A DNA stretch of 63,248 nucleotides, counting the filler, from Octopus bimaculoides (lineage: Eukaryota): NCBI RefSeq assembly GCF_001194135.2. It is 9 parts of 7 records of this genome, joined end to end, with 100 filler letters (N's around TTAATTAATTAA, not from the genome) between each part and the next. Parts side by side here need not be neighbours in the genome. Positions count along the whole stretch, not along the records: positions 9,495 to 22,593 come from NC_068981.1; 8 more parts are not named here. One strand, given 5' to 3'. Shown here one piece after another: positions 11,375 through 22,495 of this stretch. Made by a program: the position numbers and the translations under genes. Numbering within the stretch: position 1 is the stretch's first letter; every line of letters begins with the position of its first letter. The notes under the pieces are model-generated. The model searched no databases. It saw only the letters and a list, made by a program, of their open reading frames with translations, and had not been told where the DNA came from.

Positions 11375-13040
11375 CTAGCAGGCATACCCAGCATTGCTCA
11401 GGGCTGTTAAGTATGCTTGGTCAACATAGTCTCCCACGAAGTAGAGCTGAAAAAAACTGAGGCGAGGCAGCATCATGTGGCTGCAAGGAACCAATTCTAT
11501 GGTAAATCTGCCCCTGCACATTAAAGGAAGGCATGAAATGCTCATCTTGTATGATGTTGGTGCCAAAGGAAGTCATTTGGAATGTACAGTTGTAGGCACA
11601 TATCCGCTTGAGAAAGTCATGAGAATAAGGAGACGCCCCTGTCAAAAGATCAGTCAAAAGGAATGGAGGATCTTGTAGAAGAGGTACCGTAATCTTACCG
11701 TTGGAGCAGCACATGCCAGGAGTTTCTCCAAGCCACATTTTAGCTCTACAAAATTGGCAGATTGTCGACATGCAGCCTATTTGAACATCAGGGGGATTAC
11801 TGTAGTCAATTGTAGGATTGTAGTTGAATGTTGTCATTGACCAACACGAAGAGCATAGCCTTGAATAGGAACGTCATGCAGCCCTTTGCTGAGTTGTAGC
11901 CTCTAGTTGTTGTTGTCTTTCCCCTGTAGTCTCCATAGCACATAGCAGTTGCTGCAGTCTCTGTAGCTTGTGCAGCAGCAGTTGAGGAAGCATCTCTTGT
12001 AAGTCGTGCTGCAGTCTCTGAAGTTCACACAGCAGCAGTAGAGGAAGCATCTCTTGTTCGGCATGCTGAACATTGCTCGTTGCTCTGGATGGCTCATTGC
12101 GCAGCAATATGTGCTAATTGATCACAACACTGCTCTTCACTTTCCCTTCTTTGCACTGAAGCCATCCTAAGAGCATTGAGAGAATTCCTCCTGGTGGCAT
12201 CCTCAGCAGATTCATATACACGCATACATTTACTTTTCTTTGCAGCATTTGTTTGCTGACCTATATTGGATCTTTTGCGTCAAGGCATGGTGGAAAATTA
12301 TCAGTTTACGCAATAGAAAATGTCCTAAGGAAAAAGTGGTGAATGTGTAGCACCCAAAAAATAGTAAAATGTAGTTGGCAAAAATCTTAATCAAACAGAC
12401 TGAATTAAGGATTTACAATTTTGGGTAAGAGTTTTGAAGTGGCTAGTTTAAGTTGGAATAATATGTAAAAGAGCGCTCATGTGAAAACAGAGGCAAATGT
12501 AACTCGCAAATGAATACTGCTGGCAGTACTGTGCAAGCAGTTGATAAGAGCTTGCCACAGCTGACAAAGTAAAGTATTGATTTTTTCCAGCTGGGTGTGT
12601 ATCACCTTTTTTCGCTGGCTCAAGCCAAATCCTTGGCGAATTGAGAGTAGTCTATTTATGTTGGGGGTGCAGAATTTCAAGGAAAAAATTATAAGAAAAA
12701 GCATCCTAAGTCAAAGAGAGCACACATGTCAAATTTGGTTGAAAATTGTAGTAGAAGTGGTTCACACAACACACACTCAGACAGACAACTTGCCTTTTAA
12801 TATATAAGATCAAACACGTACTGTTGCATAGACGTGGTGGGTTCAAATTCTAGGCAAATTGAGAGTAGTCTATTTATGTTGGGGGCACGGAATTTTGAGG
12901 AAAAAAACATAAGAAAAAGTGTCCTAAATCAAAGAGAGCACACATGTCAAATTTGGTGAAATTCGGTTGAAAATTTTAGGAGTAAAAGTGGTTCACACAA
13001 CACATACACAGACAGACAACTTACCTTTTAATATATAAGA
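11375..13040 (-). mobile_element. Internally deleted Helitron 2 with duplicated 5' terminus
   Basis: FNYNPTIDY...CQFCRAKMWLGETPGMCCSNGK...FQMTSFG...FNVQGQIYHRIGSL...QLYF. 57-bp internal tandem repeats at ~11950-12070. 3' CCCTGAGCAATGCTGGG hairpin + CTAG|T at 11375. 5' A|TCTTATATATTAAAAGG at both 12809 and 13040. No TSD, A|T insertion site. Confidence 0.9.
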
Positions 13041-13639
13041 TACACACACACACATACACATGATTATATATATATATATGTATGTATATATATAATTACA
13101 TATATCTTTATTACCTCTGCCTTCACTAAGGTGGAGGTATTGTTTTCAGTCATGTTTGTTTGTCCATGGATAAGGTATCTCAAGAACTGCTGGATGGATT
13201 CAAATGAAACTTTCAAGGATGTTTGGCATTGTGACTGGCATGAACTGATTAGATTTTGGGATCGATCCAGTACTGGACAAGGATTCTGGACTATTTTTCT
13301 GTTTTTTTTACTTAATTTTTGAGAGCGGTTGAGTTAATTTTTAATATTCTCATTTGTGAGAGCAGCTGAGTTTATTTCAGATATTCTCATTCTAAAAATC
13401 ATCTCCAGCTAATTATTGAGAGGACGTTGGTGTTGCCTTGGTGGAAGTTTGCGCTCTCTGAGTGCTCTTGTCTTTTATCTTTTACTTGTTTCAGTCATTA
13501 GACTGTGGTGATACTGGGGCACCACTTTGAAGAATATTTTAGTCAAATGCATAAATCCCTGTTCTTATTTTTTAAAACCTGGTAGTCTATCACTCTTTTT
13601 TGCTGAAAACCTGTAATAAAAAGTTGTGTGAAACAGAGT

Positions 13640-13800
13640 TTATTTGAATGATATACCTCTAGAAATCACCTGAGGGAACACGTCTACAGTAAGGGATACA
13701 CCTAAACCAGTTGTACAGTATCCCACCTGCAAGGGATTGATGATAGATGGGTTGTAGTGATTGTAGTGATCAATAAAAGTTCTCATATCTTCTAGCTTCT
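13640..13800 (+). repeat. Decayed repeat homologous to 290-403 (minus), Penelope terminal-repeat-like
   Basis: Shared TCCCACC...AGGGATTGATG.TAGATG...GTGAT.AATAAA.TTCTCATAT block, preceded by CTGAGGGA...TAAACCAGTTG. Confidence 0.4.
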
Positions 13801-13924
13801 GCCTTTCTCATTAATGACATACGCAACAAACACTGAGCCAGTGAACATGCTTTACTGGCAAACTACCAGAGGTATACCGTACGATTTATTAACTACTAAT
13901 ATATATTTATATATATGTATGTAT

Positions 13925-14255
13925 GGTGCATGGCTCAGTGGTTAGAGCGTCGAGCTTACGATTGTGAGGTTGTGAGTTTGAATCCCGGACCAGGCTGCAT
14001 GTTGTGTTCTTGAGCAAGACACTTTATTTCCTATTGCTCCAGTTCACTCAGCTGTAGATATGAGCTGCGACGTCATGGGTGCCAAGCTGTATGGGTCTTT
14101 GCCTTTCCCTTGGATAACACTGGTGGCATGGAGAGGGGAGGCTGGTATGCATGGGCGACTGCTGGTCTTCCATAAACAACCTTGCCCAGACTTGTGCCTG
14201 GGAAGGTAACTTTCTAGGTGCAATCCCATGGTCAGTCATGAATGAAGGGGGTCTC
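13925..14255 (+). mobile_element. tRNA-derived SINE family B', full length
   Basis: A box TGGCTCAGTGG, B box GAGTTTGAATCCC, TTGAGCAAGACACTTTATTTC, ending in GAAGGGGGTCTC plus microsatellite. Confidence 0.85.
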
Positions 14256-14307
14256 AGATGTATGTATGTGTGTGTGTGTGTATATGTATATCTATGTATG
14301 TATGTAT

Positions 14308-14519
14308 GTACTGGCACTGCAAACACATTGTGGGCAACTGTTTTGTTGAATGCACAGAGTTCTGAGGTCCAGATTTTCTTTATTCAGCTGTAATATTCTT
14401 TAGTGACACATGTTTTGTTTCAGGTGCCACAGTAAGACATATTTTCATCCACCCCTAGATAGCTGTAACATTCCTCATCAGATACAGGGGAAACAGTCAA
14501 ATCATTAATGGAGATGTTA
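14308..14519 (-). mobile_element. R4/Dong-clade (REL endonuclease type) LINE RT fragment
   Basis: ISINDLTVSPVSDEECYSYLGVDENMSYCGT*NKTCVTKEYYS*IKKIWTSELCAFNKTVAHNVFAVPV (YLG thumb region). Bounded by microsatellites on both sides. Confidence 0.65.
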
Positions 14520-15226
14520 CTAGTGTGTGTGTGTGCATGTATGTATGTATGTATGTATGTATGTATGATGCATGTATGTATTCTTTCACTTTGGATCTAC
14601 CAAATCCACAAGGCTTTGGTTCACCTGGAACTATTGTAGAAGACACTTACCCGAGGTGCCACACACACAGGCACATGATTGGGAAGCAAACTTCTCAACC
14701 ACAGAACCATGCCTGCACCTATTTTTTCAAGTGAAAAACATTTTAACTAACAGCAATACTCTTTTTACCACCACACTATCCCATGTTATTGTATATATTA
14801 CTAAATTTTATAAATTTTGAACTTATTTTTCTCATGTTTATGTTCATTCATATAAAGAAATAAAGCCTATATCTAAGCAGGTATATAACTACTTTCTATG
14901 AATTGAAAACTAAGCATATAGTTTAGTTCACCATCTGTTTTGCTACTAACACAAATTAACTACTTCAGGTTAAAAAAAGATCATCACATATCCAAATGTT
15001 GTTTGATAAAAACTGGGATTTTTGTAAGTCAGAAAATTTAAAGTACAAATTGATTATAAGTTACAAAGATTAGCTTACTTTGAGGTCAAAGCCAAGATAT
15101 TTTATCAGAGGTAAATGTACATTTGTATTAAATATATATATATGCACACACACACGCACACATACACATATAGATATACACACACACATATATACATACA
15201 CACACACACATATATATGTATATAAT

Positions 15227-15282
<56 letters not shown>

Positions 15283-15304
15283 AACACACATATATTTATA
15301 TAAT

Positions 15305-15344
<40 letters not shown>

Positions 15345-15644
15345 CACACAATTCTATATATGTGTGTGAGTGTCTATATATATATTCTTTATGGTGCATG
15401 TCTCATTTCCCTGTTTGTTTTTTTCGTTGTTCGAAAAAAAAAGTTCGTTTTCTGTCCTCGTTTTTATGTTTTCGTTTCTCATTGTGTTTAACGCTCTTTG
15501 TGATGTCCTGTACCCATATATGCTTGTATGTATACATATAGATGTCAGTATGTACATATATGTATGGATATATGCATATAATTATATATTATTTATGTTA
15601 TTATATGTATATATATAGATATATATGTATATATATATGTGTGT

Positions 15645-15890
15645 GTGTGTGTAAAATGTGGAAGGGTGTACCTCTCAGTTGAAGGTCTAAAAAGACATGT
15701 TAAGAGAGTGCATATGGTAGCACCTTTTTCTCCTGCCAGCCAGTACAGTTGTCTAGTATGTAATAAAATGTGTAAAAGCTTGGCCAGGCTTAAAAGTCAT
15801 ATAAAGGCATCACATGCCAACAATCATGAATCATTTCAGTAAGTCTCCTTGGCAATGACTTTTCTCGTGTAACGAGGATGCAGCTGTGAT
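15645..15890 (+). mobile_element. Two C2H2 zinc-finger motifs, most likely the 3' end of an RTE LINE ORF
   Basis: CVKCGRVYLSVEGLKRHVKRVH...YSCLVCNKMCKSLARLKSHIKASH then stop. No TGEKP linkers and no splice acceptor; starts at a (TG)n tract and is followed by a short UTR and microsatellite. Confidence 0.5.
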
Positions 15891-15934
15891 ATATATGTAT
15901 GTATGTGTATATATATATATATATATAAGACACC

Positions 15935-16093
15935 ATTTCGAGCGTGGCCGTTTTCGTGCGGGTGACACGTAAAAGCACCCACTACACTCTCTGAGTGGTT
16001 GGCGTTAGGAAGGGCATCCAGCTGTAGAAACTCTGCCAAATTAGATTGGAGCCTGGTGTTGCCATCCGGTTTCACCAGTCCTCAGTCAAATCG
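15935..16093 (+). mobile_element. SINE family C copy
   Basis: GACACGTAAAAGCACCCACTACACTCTCTGAGTGGTTGGCGTTAGGAAGGGCATCCAGCTGTAGAAAC. Confidence 0.85.
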
Positions 16094-16103
16094 NNNNNNN
16101 NNN

Positions 16104-16500
16104 GTTTAATGTCCGCTTTCCATGCTAGCATGGGTTGGACAATTTGACTGAGGACTGGCAAGCCAGAAGGCCGCACCAGGCTCCAATCTGATCGGCAGAG
16201 TTTCTACAGCTGGATGCCCTTCCTAACGCCAACCACTCCGAGAGTGTAGTGGGTGCTTTTATGTGCCACCGGCACGAGGGCCAGTCACCCGGTACTGGCA
16301 ATGGCCACGTTCAAAAAGGTGTTTTTAATGTACCACCTGCATGGGAGCCAGTCCAGCGGCACTGGCAATGACCTCACTCGAATGATTTTCTAACATGCCA
16401 CCAGCACAAGTGCTAGGAGGCAACGCTGGTAACGATTACGCTCAAATGGTGCTATTTATGTGCCACTGGCATGGAAGCCAGACAGTTGCTCTTGCAGTGA
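16104..16500 (-). mobile_element. SINE family C copy, tail-to-tail with the preceding copy
   Basis: Reverse-complement homologue of 18310-18595 and colinear with 1590-2000. Confidence 0.85.
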
Positions 16501-16529
16501 TCCCGCTCAGACAGTGCTATTTAAATAAT

Positions 16530-16835
16530 CAAAGGAGGCAATGACAAATGACTGAAACCTTTGGCAATATGCTGTGCTTGAGAAGACGACCCATCAAACC
16601 AAGTGAAATCGTAGTCATAGCAAATAATGGTGTTATGCAACTGGCATCTGTGCCCGTGGCATGTAAAAGCACCCATTACACTCTCGGAGTGGTTGGCATT
16701 AGGAATGACATCCAGCTGTAGAAACCATGTCAAATCAGACTGGAGTCTGATGCAACCCCTCAACTTACCGCCCTGGTCAAACTATTCAACCTATGCCAGC
16801 ATGGACAACAGACGTTAAAAGATGATGATGATGAT
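16530..16835 (+). mobile_element. SINE family C-related copy
   Basis: Same core (ACACTCTCGGAGTGGTTGGCATTAGGAA..CATCCAGCTGTAGAAAC) and (GAT)n tail. Confidence 0.75.
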
Positions 16836-17444
16836 ACCTGAATGTAACATAAGCCAAAAATACCTTGCTTCAAGAGGACTACTTGTGAAACTGAAAGACT
16901 GTTGAACTGATAGTCTAGGTCAGTCAGGTGTCAACCTATGGGTCACTACATAGTTTGTGTTGCATTATAATTCTGAAAGGGGTGCAAAAATGAAATCATT
17001 TACTTTAGGAAATTTTGATAAAATATATAATGTTCATGAGTACAGTACGACTTAACTATAAAGATTACAACAATGTTTATTAGAGACTAGAATTGAGAAA
17101 TATTAGGCAGAGGCATGACTGTGTGATGAAAAGTATGTTTCCCAACCACATAATTTTGGGTCCAGTCTCATTGAGTAGCACCTTGGGAAAGTGTCTTTTA
17201 CTATAGGCCTTGAGCTGACCAAAGCCTTGTAAGTAGATATGGGAAACTGAAACTGAAAGAAGACTCTATTTTATTGAGCAATGGAGTCGCATGAAACGAT
17301 CGTACTGCATTAACTTTGGATATCCTTGTTTCTTATTTTGATTTTAATCACCTTATTTTGAAACTGTATGGATAATACCATACTAAATTCTGGTGCCTAA
17401 ACTTAAGTACCATATTCACCTGAATATATATATATATATATACA

Positions 17445-17475
17445 CTAGCAGAGAGACCTGGCATTGCTCGGGATT
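17445..17475 (-). mobile_element. Solo Helitron 3' terminus
   Basis: Minus strand TCCCGAGCAATGCCAGGTCTCTCTGCTAG|T, the same hairpin + CTAG as at 9538 and 11375. Confidence 0.65.
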
Positions 17476-18077
17476 AAAATGGCATAGTTTTTTTTATTCT
17501 TTTACTTGTTTCAGTTGTAAGCAAGTGTCACTGTCATGCAAGCAATGTCTTTTGTTTTCTTCTGAGACATAATTCCTCTCAAGCAAAGTATCAAATGTCA
17601 GTTTTATTAAATATGGGGGAAATTATTATTTTTTAAATTTTATTTAGATATTGAAAAAAACAGATGTTTATTGATTCACCAAAATGGGCTGCGATTATAA
17701 AAGATTGGGAACTAATAGTGTAGATTCATTTTGTGGGTCTTCCTTCAGAAGAAATATAATCTAAATATTAATTAAGATGTTTTACATCATTTAACTTCCA
17801 TGGGTTGGATGGTTTGACAGGATCATGCTCCATTGTCTGCTTCGGCATGGTTTCTACAGCTTTTCATACATGAATTTGACCAGAAACAAATAATATATTT
17901 ATACAAATGCTCATGTTAGGTTTCTCTGAATGGAGTTGTGATGTTTGATAATGATTCTTTATTTTATCAAACTTAATAATCATATTTGAGATAATCAGTA
18001 ACCAAATATATCATTTGTTTTAGTTATTTTCAAATTCCTTTTGTTTAAGACCATATTTTTTAAAATCATTTCTACAG

Positions 18078-18204
18078 TCTACCAATGAAGACTCATTAAA
18101 GAAACTAAATGAATATGTTTCATCTCTGCATACACTTGGTTATGCTCGTCCAACTAAAGTTAAGTTCTACTTGAAGATTACAGATGATAATGAAGGGTCT
18201 CCAG
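18078..18204 (+). CDS. TCAIM: Internal coding exon (127 nt, phase 0/1) of T-cell activation inhibitor, mitochondrial (TCAIM/C3orf23, DUF4460 region)
   Basis: Acceptor aatcatttctacag| and donor ccag|gtaggt. Translation STNEDSLKKLNEYVSSLHTLGYARPTKVKFYLKITDDNEGSP aligns by eye with recalled human TCAIM EINENSLKRLSVYLENLQKPGFKSLKPTQLTFYVRETD. Neighbouring exons were not found. Confidence 0.8.
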
Positions 18205-18309
18205 GTAGGTACATGATTAAATCCTTGAGATGAATGTATTGATTTCTGCAGTATTTTTGCTTGGAATGTAATTATTGTTTTCCTTTACTATTGTATAATT
18301 TAAGTATAT

Positions 18310-18595
18310 GCCAGTGCTGATGGACTGGCTCTTGTGCAGGTGGCACGTAAAATACACCATTTCGAGTATGGCCGTCGCCAATACCGCCCGACTGGCCCTC
18401 GTGCCGGTGGCACGTAAAACACCCACTACACTCTCGGAGTGGTTGGCGTTAGGAAGGGCATTCAGCTGTAGAAACTCTGCCAAATCAGATTGGAGCCTGG
18501 TGTCGCCTCCTGGTCCACCAGTCCTCAGTCAAATCGTCCAACCTATGTTAGCATGGAAAGCGGATGTTAAACGATGACGATGATGATGACAATGA
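18310..18595 (+). mobile_element. SINE family C, young copy
   Basis: Intact core and (GAT/GAC)n tail, 106 nt downstream of the TCAIM donor. Confidence 0.85.
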
Positions 18596-19180
18596 TANNN
18601 NNNNNNNNNNNNNNNNNNNNNNNNNNNNNNNNNNNNNNNNNNNNNNNNNNNNNNNNNNNNNNNNNNNNNNNNNNNNNNNNNNNNNNNNNNNNNNNNNNNN
18701 NNNNNNNNNNNNNNNNNNNNNNNNNNNNNNNNNNNNNNNNNNNNNNNNNNNNNNNNNNNNNNNNNNNNNNNNNNNNNNNNNNNNNNNNNNNNNNNNNNNN
18801 NNNNNNNNNNNNNNNNNNNNNNNNNNNNNNNNNNNNNNNNNNNNNNNNNNNNNNNNNNNNNNNNNNNNNNNNNNNNNNNNNNNNNNNNNNNNNNNNNNNN
18901 NNNNNNNNNNNNNNNNNNNNNNNNNNNNNNNNNNNNNNNNNNNNNNNNNNNNNNNNNNNNNNNNNNNNNNNNNNNNNNNNNNNNNNNNNNNNNNNNNNNN
19001 NNNNNNNNNNNNNNNNNNNNNNNNNNNNNNNNNNNNNAACTATAAAAATAAGTACCTGGTCATCTACCTTTCTCCTTACTTTTTCTTATAAACCTCAACT
19101 TCTTTCACAACCTTTCAACAATTACCATATCCTTAAAGAATTGGCTTCATCTGGAATATCAGAACTCATTTCTTCTTACA

Positions 19181-19565
19181 AGCATGGCTGCATGGTAAGA
19201 AGTTTGCTTCCAAACCACATGGTTTCAGGTTCAGTCTCCTTGTGTGGTACTTTGGGCAAGTATTTTTTACTATGGCCTTGAGCTGACCAAAGTCTTGTGA
19301 GTGGATTTGGTAAATGGAAACTAAAAGAAGCCTTTTGTATTTGTGCATTTGTGCATGCTTGTGTCTGTCTCCCCACTGCTGGACAACCAGTGTTGGTCTG
19401 TTTATGAACCTATAACTTAATGGTTTTGGTAAAAGAGACTGCTGATAGAATAAGAAACAGACTTTAAAAAATAAATACTGGTATTGATTTGTTTGATTAA
19501 ATCTCTTCAAGGCATGTCCCAGCATGGCCACAGTCTAATGACTGAAATGAATTACAAATAAAAGA
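19181..19565 (+). mobile_element. SINE family A, full decayed copy
   Basis: Head GCATGGCTGCATGGTAAGAAG...GGTTCAGTC and tail CCAGCATGGCCACAGTCTAATGACTGAAA; CpG-depleted. Confidence 0.8.
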
Positions 19566-19739
19566 TAACTATTTTTCTGCCTATGTAAGTCATAATTCAT
19601 TTCCTTGGACTTAAATTTTTACCTTTATTACCGTTTCTTTTTATTTACCATTTCTTTTTTTATTATTACCGTTTCTTTTTCATTGCTTGTTAAATCCTCA
19701 ATATCATCACTACTATTTATATTTTTCCAAGCTACTATT

Positions 19740-19960
19740 GGAGGGATATATTAGTCGTACAGCATACTACCATTCATCTTGATTCAGTCAACTTGTCTGA
19801 AACCCAAGATCTTAAAATCTGTCTTGACAACTTCTTAAAATGTATTCTTTAGCCTTCTTCATCTTCTAAATGATTTCTGTGATGAGTACATGCAAAAGTC
19901 CCCAAATACATCTTGTCTTGAAGTTCTTATGCAATTGCCTCAAGGACAGTATATTCTTAA
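19740..19960 (-). mobile_element. Very decayed RTE LINE 3' remnant
   Basis: RRLKNTF*EVVKTDFKILG resembles the RTE GRPxKTWxEVVxxDLxxLG motif; many stops. Confidence 0.35.
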
Positions 19961-20559
19961 ATGACTAAGCATGACTTATGCAGAAAGTATAGAAGAAATT
20001 GTCACTAACTTGACATTGTTTGTGATAGAACAGAAATTTGAAAAATTTATTTTTATATTTGACCAAGAGTAAATGCACTGCCCAATACTCTTTACAGGAT
20101 TCCTGTGAATGGTAAAAGAGAAGAAGGTAGTTATCTTCAAATCTGAATACTTGCAACATAGTGAACACTGCTAAAGGTACCCAAGGTACCAGGCAGCAGG
20201 TTAAGTGTACCACCAAGTAGACCATGGCATGATTTGAACTCAAAACTCTAAAAACTGAAATAGAAATTGCAAGGCATCTGGTTTAGTATTCTCTGCAGTT
20301 CCACCAATTCACTGCCTTGGATTGTTAGTTCTTTTTATTGATCCTGAAAAGGTGAAAGGCAAAGTTAACCTGACACAATTTGAACTTAGGGCACATAGAG
20401 CTGGAAGAAATAACAGGAAGAGCCAATTTACCACAAGGTCCAGTCCTTGCTGTAATTTAGTGGCTGTGTGTTAATGACCCTGTGAACTATGCTAGTGGTG
20501 TGCAAATTCTTGATAGGGCCTACCATACTGGACAGGACAATGGATGAAGACCAGACTAA

Positions 20560-20775
20560 AATGGACCACCTCTTCCTACGGATAAAAATGGATTTGTATA
20601 GAGTCAACATCCCTACCTAGAAAAAATAGCAACATTACAGAAGCATTGTTGACAACTCAAAACAAATAAGACCTGGAAGAGGAAGGCCTTCTTTTAGGGT
20701 TTAAAACCTACCCACAAAGAAGCAGAAGAGAGGATGCCCTAAAAATAGTTGAAGGCAGGATACTGAGGCAGTGTT
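20560..20775 (+). mobile_element. Very decayed RTE LINE 3' remnant
   Basis: PTKKQKRGCPKNS*RQDTEA resembles PxGKRKRGRPKNSWRR. Confidence 0.35.
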
Positions 20776-20779
20776 AAAA

Positions 20780-21150
20780 ATGCAAGGATCCAACTGGTGT
20801 GAAGCAGAAAAGACAGCCCCAAGTTGAGAACTGTAGAGAAAATGTAAAGCTAAGTAAAAGCGTGGTTGCTCTTGCACACAGGCTTGCAACCCTTTCCAGC
20901 TGAGCATCCCTAATCTCATGGGCTTGTAAGTGCTGGTGCTACATAAAAAGCATCCATACTGGTGCTGTATAAAAGCATTCAGTACACTCTGTAAAGTGGT
21001 TGGCATTAGGAAGGGCATCCAACCATAGAAACCATACCAAAACAGACATGGAGCCTGAACAGCCCTTCAACTGGTCAGCTCCTGTCAAACTGCCCAACCC
21101 ATGCCAGCATGGAAGACATACGTTAAATGATGATGATGGTGATGATGATA
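20780..21150 (+). mobile_element. SINE family C-related copy
   Basis: GTGGTTGGCATTAGGAAGGGCATCC core and GATGATGATG tail. Confidence 0.75.
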
Positions 21151-21234
21151 GTCTATGCTCCATGAGGAGTGAAGGGCCTACATATGTCAGTAAATAAGCA
21201 TTGTGTGCAATGGTCTATTGATTCTGCCTTCTTA

Positions 21235-21431
21235 TTTCTATACTACCCACAAGGGGCTACACACAGAGAGGACAAACAAGGACAGACAAACGGATGAAGT
21301 CGATTATATTGACCCCAGCGGCAAAATTGGTACTTATTTAATCGACCCCGAAAGGATGAAAGGCAAAGTCGACCTCGGTGGAATTTGAATACAGAACGTA
21401 GCGGCAGACGAAATACTGCTAAGCATTTCGT
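21235..21431 (-). mobile_element. SINE family D (GACTTTGCCTTTCATCCTTTCGGGGTCGAT central domain, Meta/MESC-like)
   Basis: Reverse complement of the family D consensus seen at 38798-39000. It truncates the maT transposase. Confidence 0.8.
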
Positions 21432-21955
21432 GTTACTGAGTCTTGTTGAAACATGCATGACCTTCCATTGCATACTTCATCAATCCAGGGCTTGATAACA
21501 GTTTCCAGTACCTCAGTGTCTCAAGCAGCATTAATTCTAAGACCTTGTGGAAAAAAGTGGGGAGGCATCACATGACCTTTGCTACTCACCATTTCTAAAA
21601 CCATCACAGTTGTTGGAAATTTCGTGTGCATCACTCTGGGTACTTCAGAAGGATCTGCACATAGCCACCTGTCATTTCTTCTGTTAACTTTTGATCCAGT
21701 CAAAGTTTTTTTTCTCAGAGAAAAACCAAAGCATGCCTTGTTTATGAGGGTTTTTCACTTTGTTAAGTAACTGTTTTGAATGGATGAGATGGTTTTCCTG
21801 TGTCTTTGCAGACACAAATTGGCCTTTCCTCATTACATAGGACTTGTATCGAATGTCATGATGTACCACAGTTCTGATAGTCCACTCTGACACCCGAAGT
21901 TCTTTAGTAATGGACCTCATTGATCTGGGGTTTTCATCGACAATGTTTTGAACAA
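21432..21955 (-). mobile_element. Tc1/mariner maT (DD37D)-type transposase remnant
   Basis: NIVDENPRSMRSITKELRVSEWTIRTVVHHDIRYKSY...WFFSEKKNFD (fs) KVNRRNDRWL...TKFPTTVMVLEMVSSKGHVMPPHFF..GLRINAA...FQQDS. Confidence 0.85.
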
Positions 21956-22250
21956 TGTTTCGCCATCCTGGTAATGTGCACTTGGAAAGAGGTATCATCA
22001 CTCATGTTGATACTCAGGTCCTTCACTGATTTAGGCTCTGGGATTGAAATTCCCTGTGGAGTAGTGTACCCTGTATGTTTCATATTTGGTTTTGGATGCT
22101 GGTAGCGCAGGGCTTGGAATTTTTCAGCATGAAACAGCATATTATTATCCTCAGCCTATCTGTAAATTGAGTCCAACTCCTGCTGCAGATGTACAACATC
22201 ACTGGGATTCTGTATTTTCTGCGAGACTTTTGTATCGTCTGCATAGCAGA
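21956..22250 (-). mobile_element. CR1/L2/Jockey-group LINE RT fragment
   Basis: CYADDTKVSQKIQNPSDVVHLQQELDSIYR*AEDNNMLFHAEKFQALRY...VKDLSINMSDDTSFQVHI (YADD motif and KDLG region). Confidence 0.8.
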
Positions 22251-22269
22251 TATGTAATATATATATATT

Positions 22270-22408
22270 CATCATCATCGTTTAATGTCCGCTTTCCATG
22301 CTAGCATGGGTTGGACGATTTGACTGAGGACTGGCGAACCAGATGGCTACACCAGGCTCCAATCTGATTTGGCAGAGTTTCTACAGCTGGATGCCCTTCC
22401 TAACTCCA
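22270..22408 (-). mobile_element. SINE family C 3' end, young
   Basis: Nearly identical to 1590-1790. Confidence 0.85.
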
Positions 22409-22463
22409 AGATATTATATTATATATATATATATATATATATTATATTATATATTATATATAT

Positions 22464-22495
<32 letters not shown>

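Noticed and set aside
13925-14010. tRNA-like sequences here and at 27765-27862, 43270-43345 and family A heads
   Set aside because: A and B boxes are present, but there is no complete cloverleaf and each continues into a SINE body, so they are SINE heads rather than tRNA genes.
20098-20170. Acceptor ctctttacag|GA TTC CTG as the next TCAIM exon (GF.. start)
   Set aside because: In-frame TGA follows three codons later and there is no further similarity.
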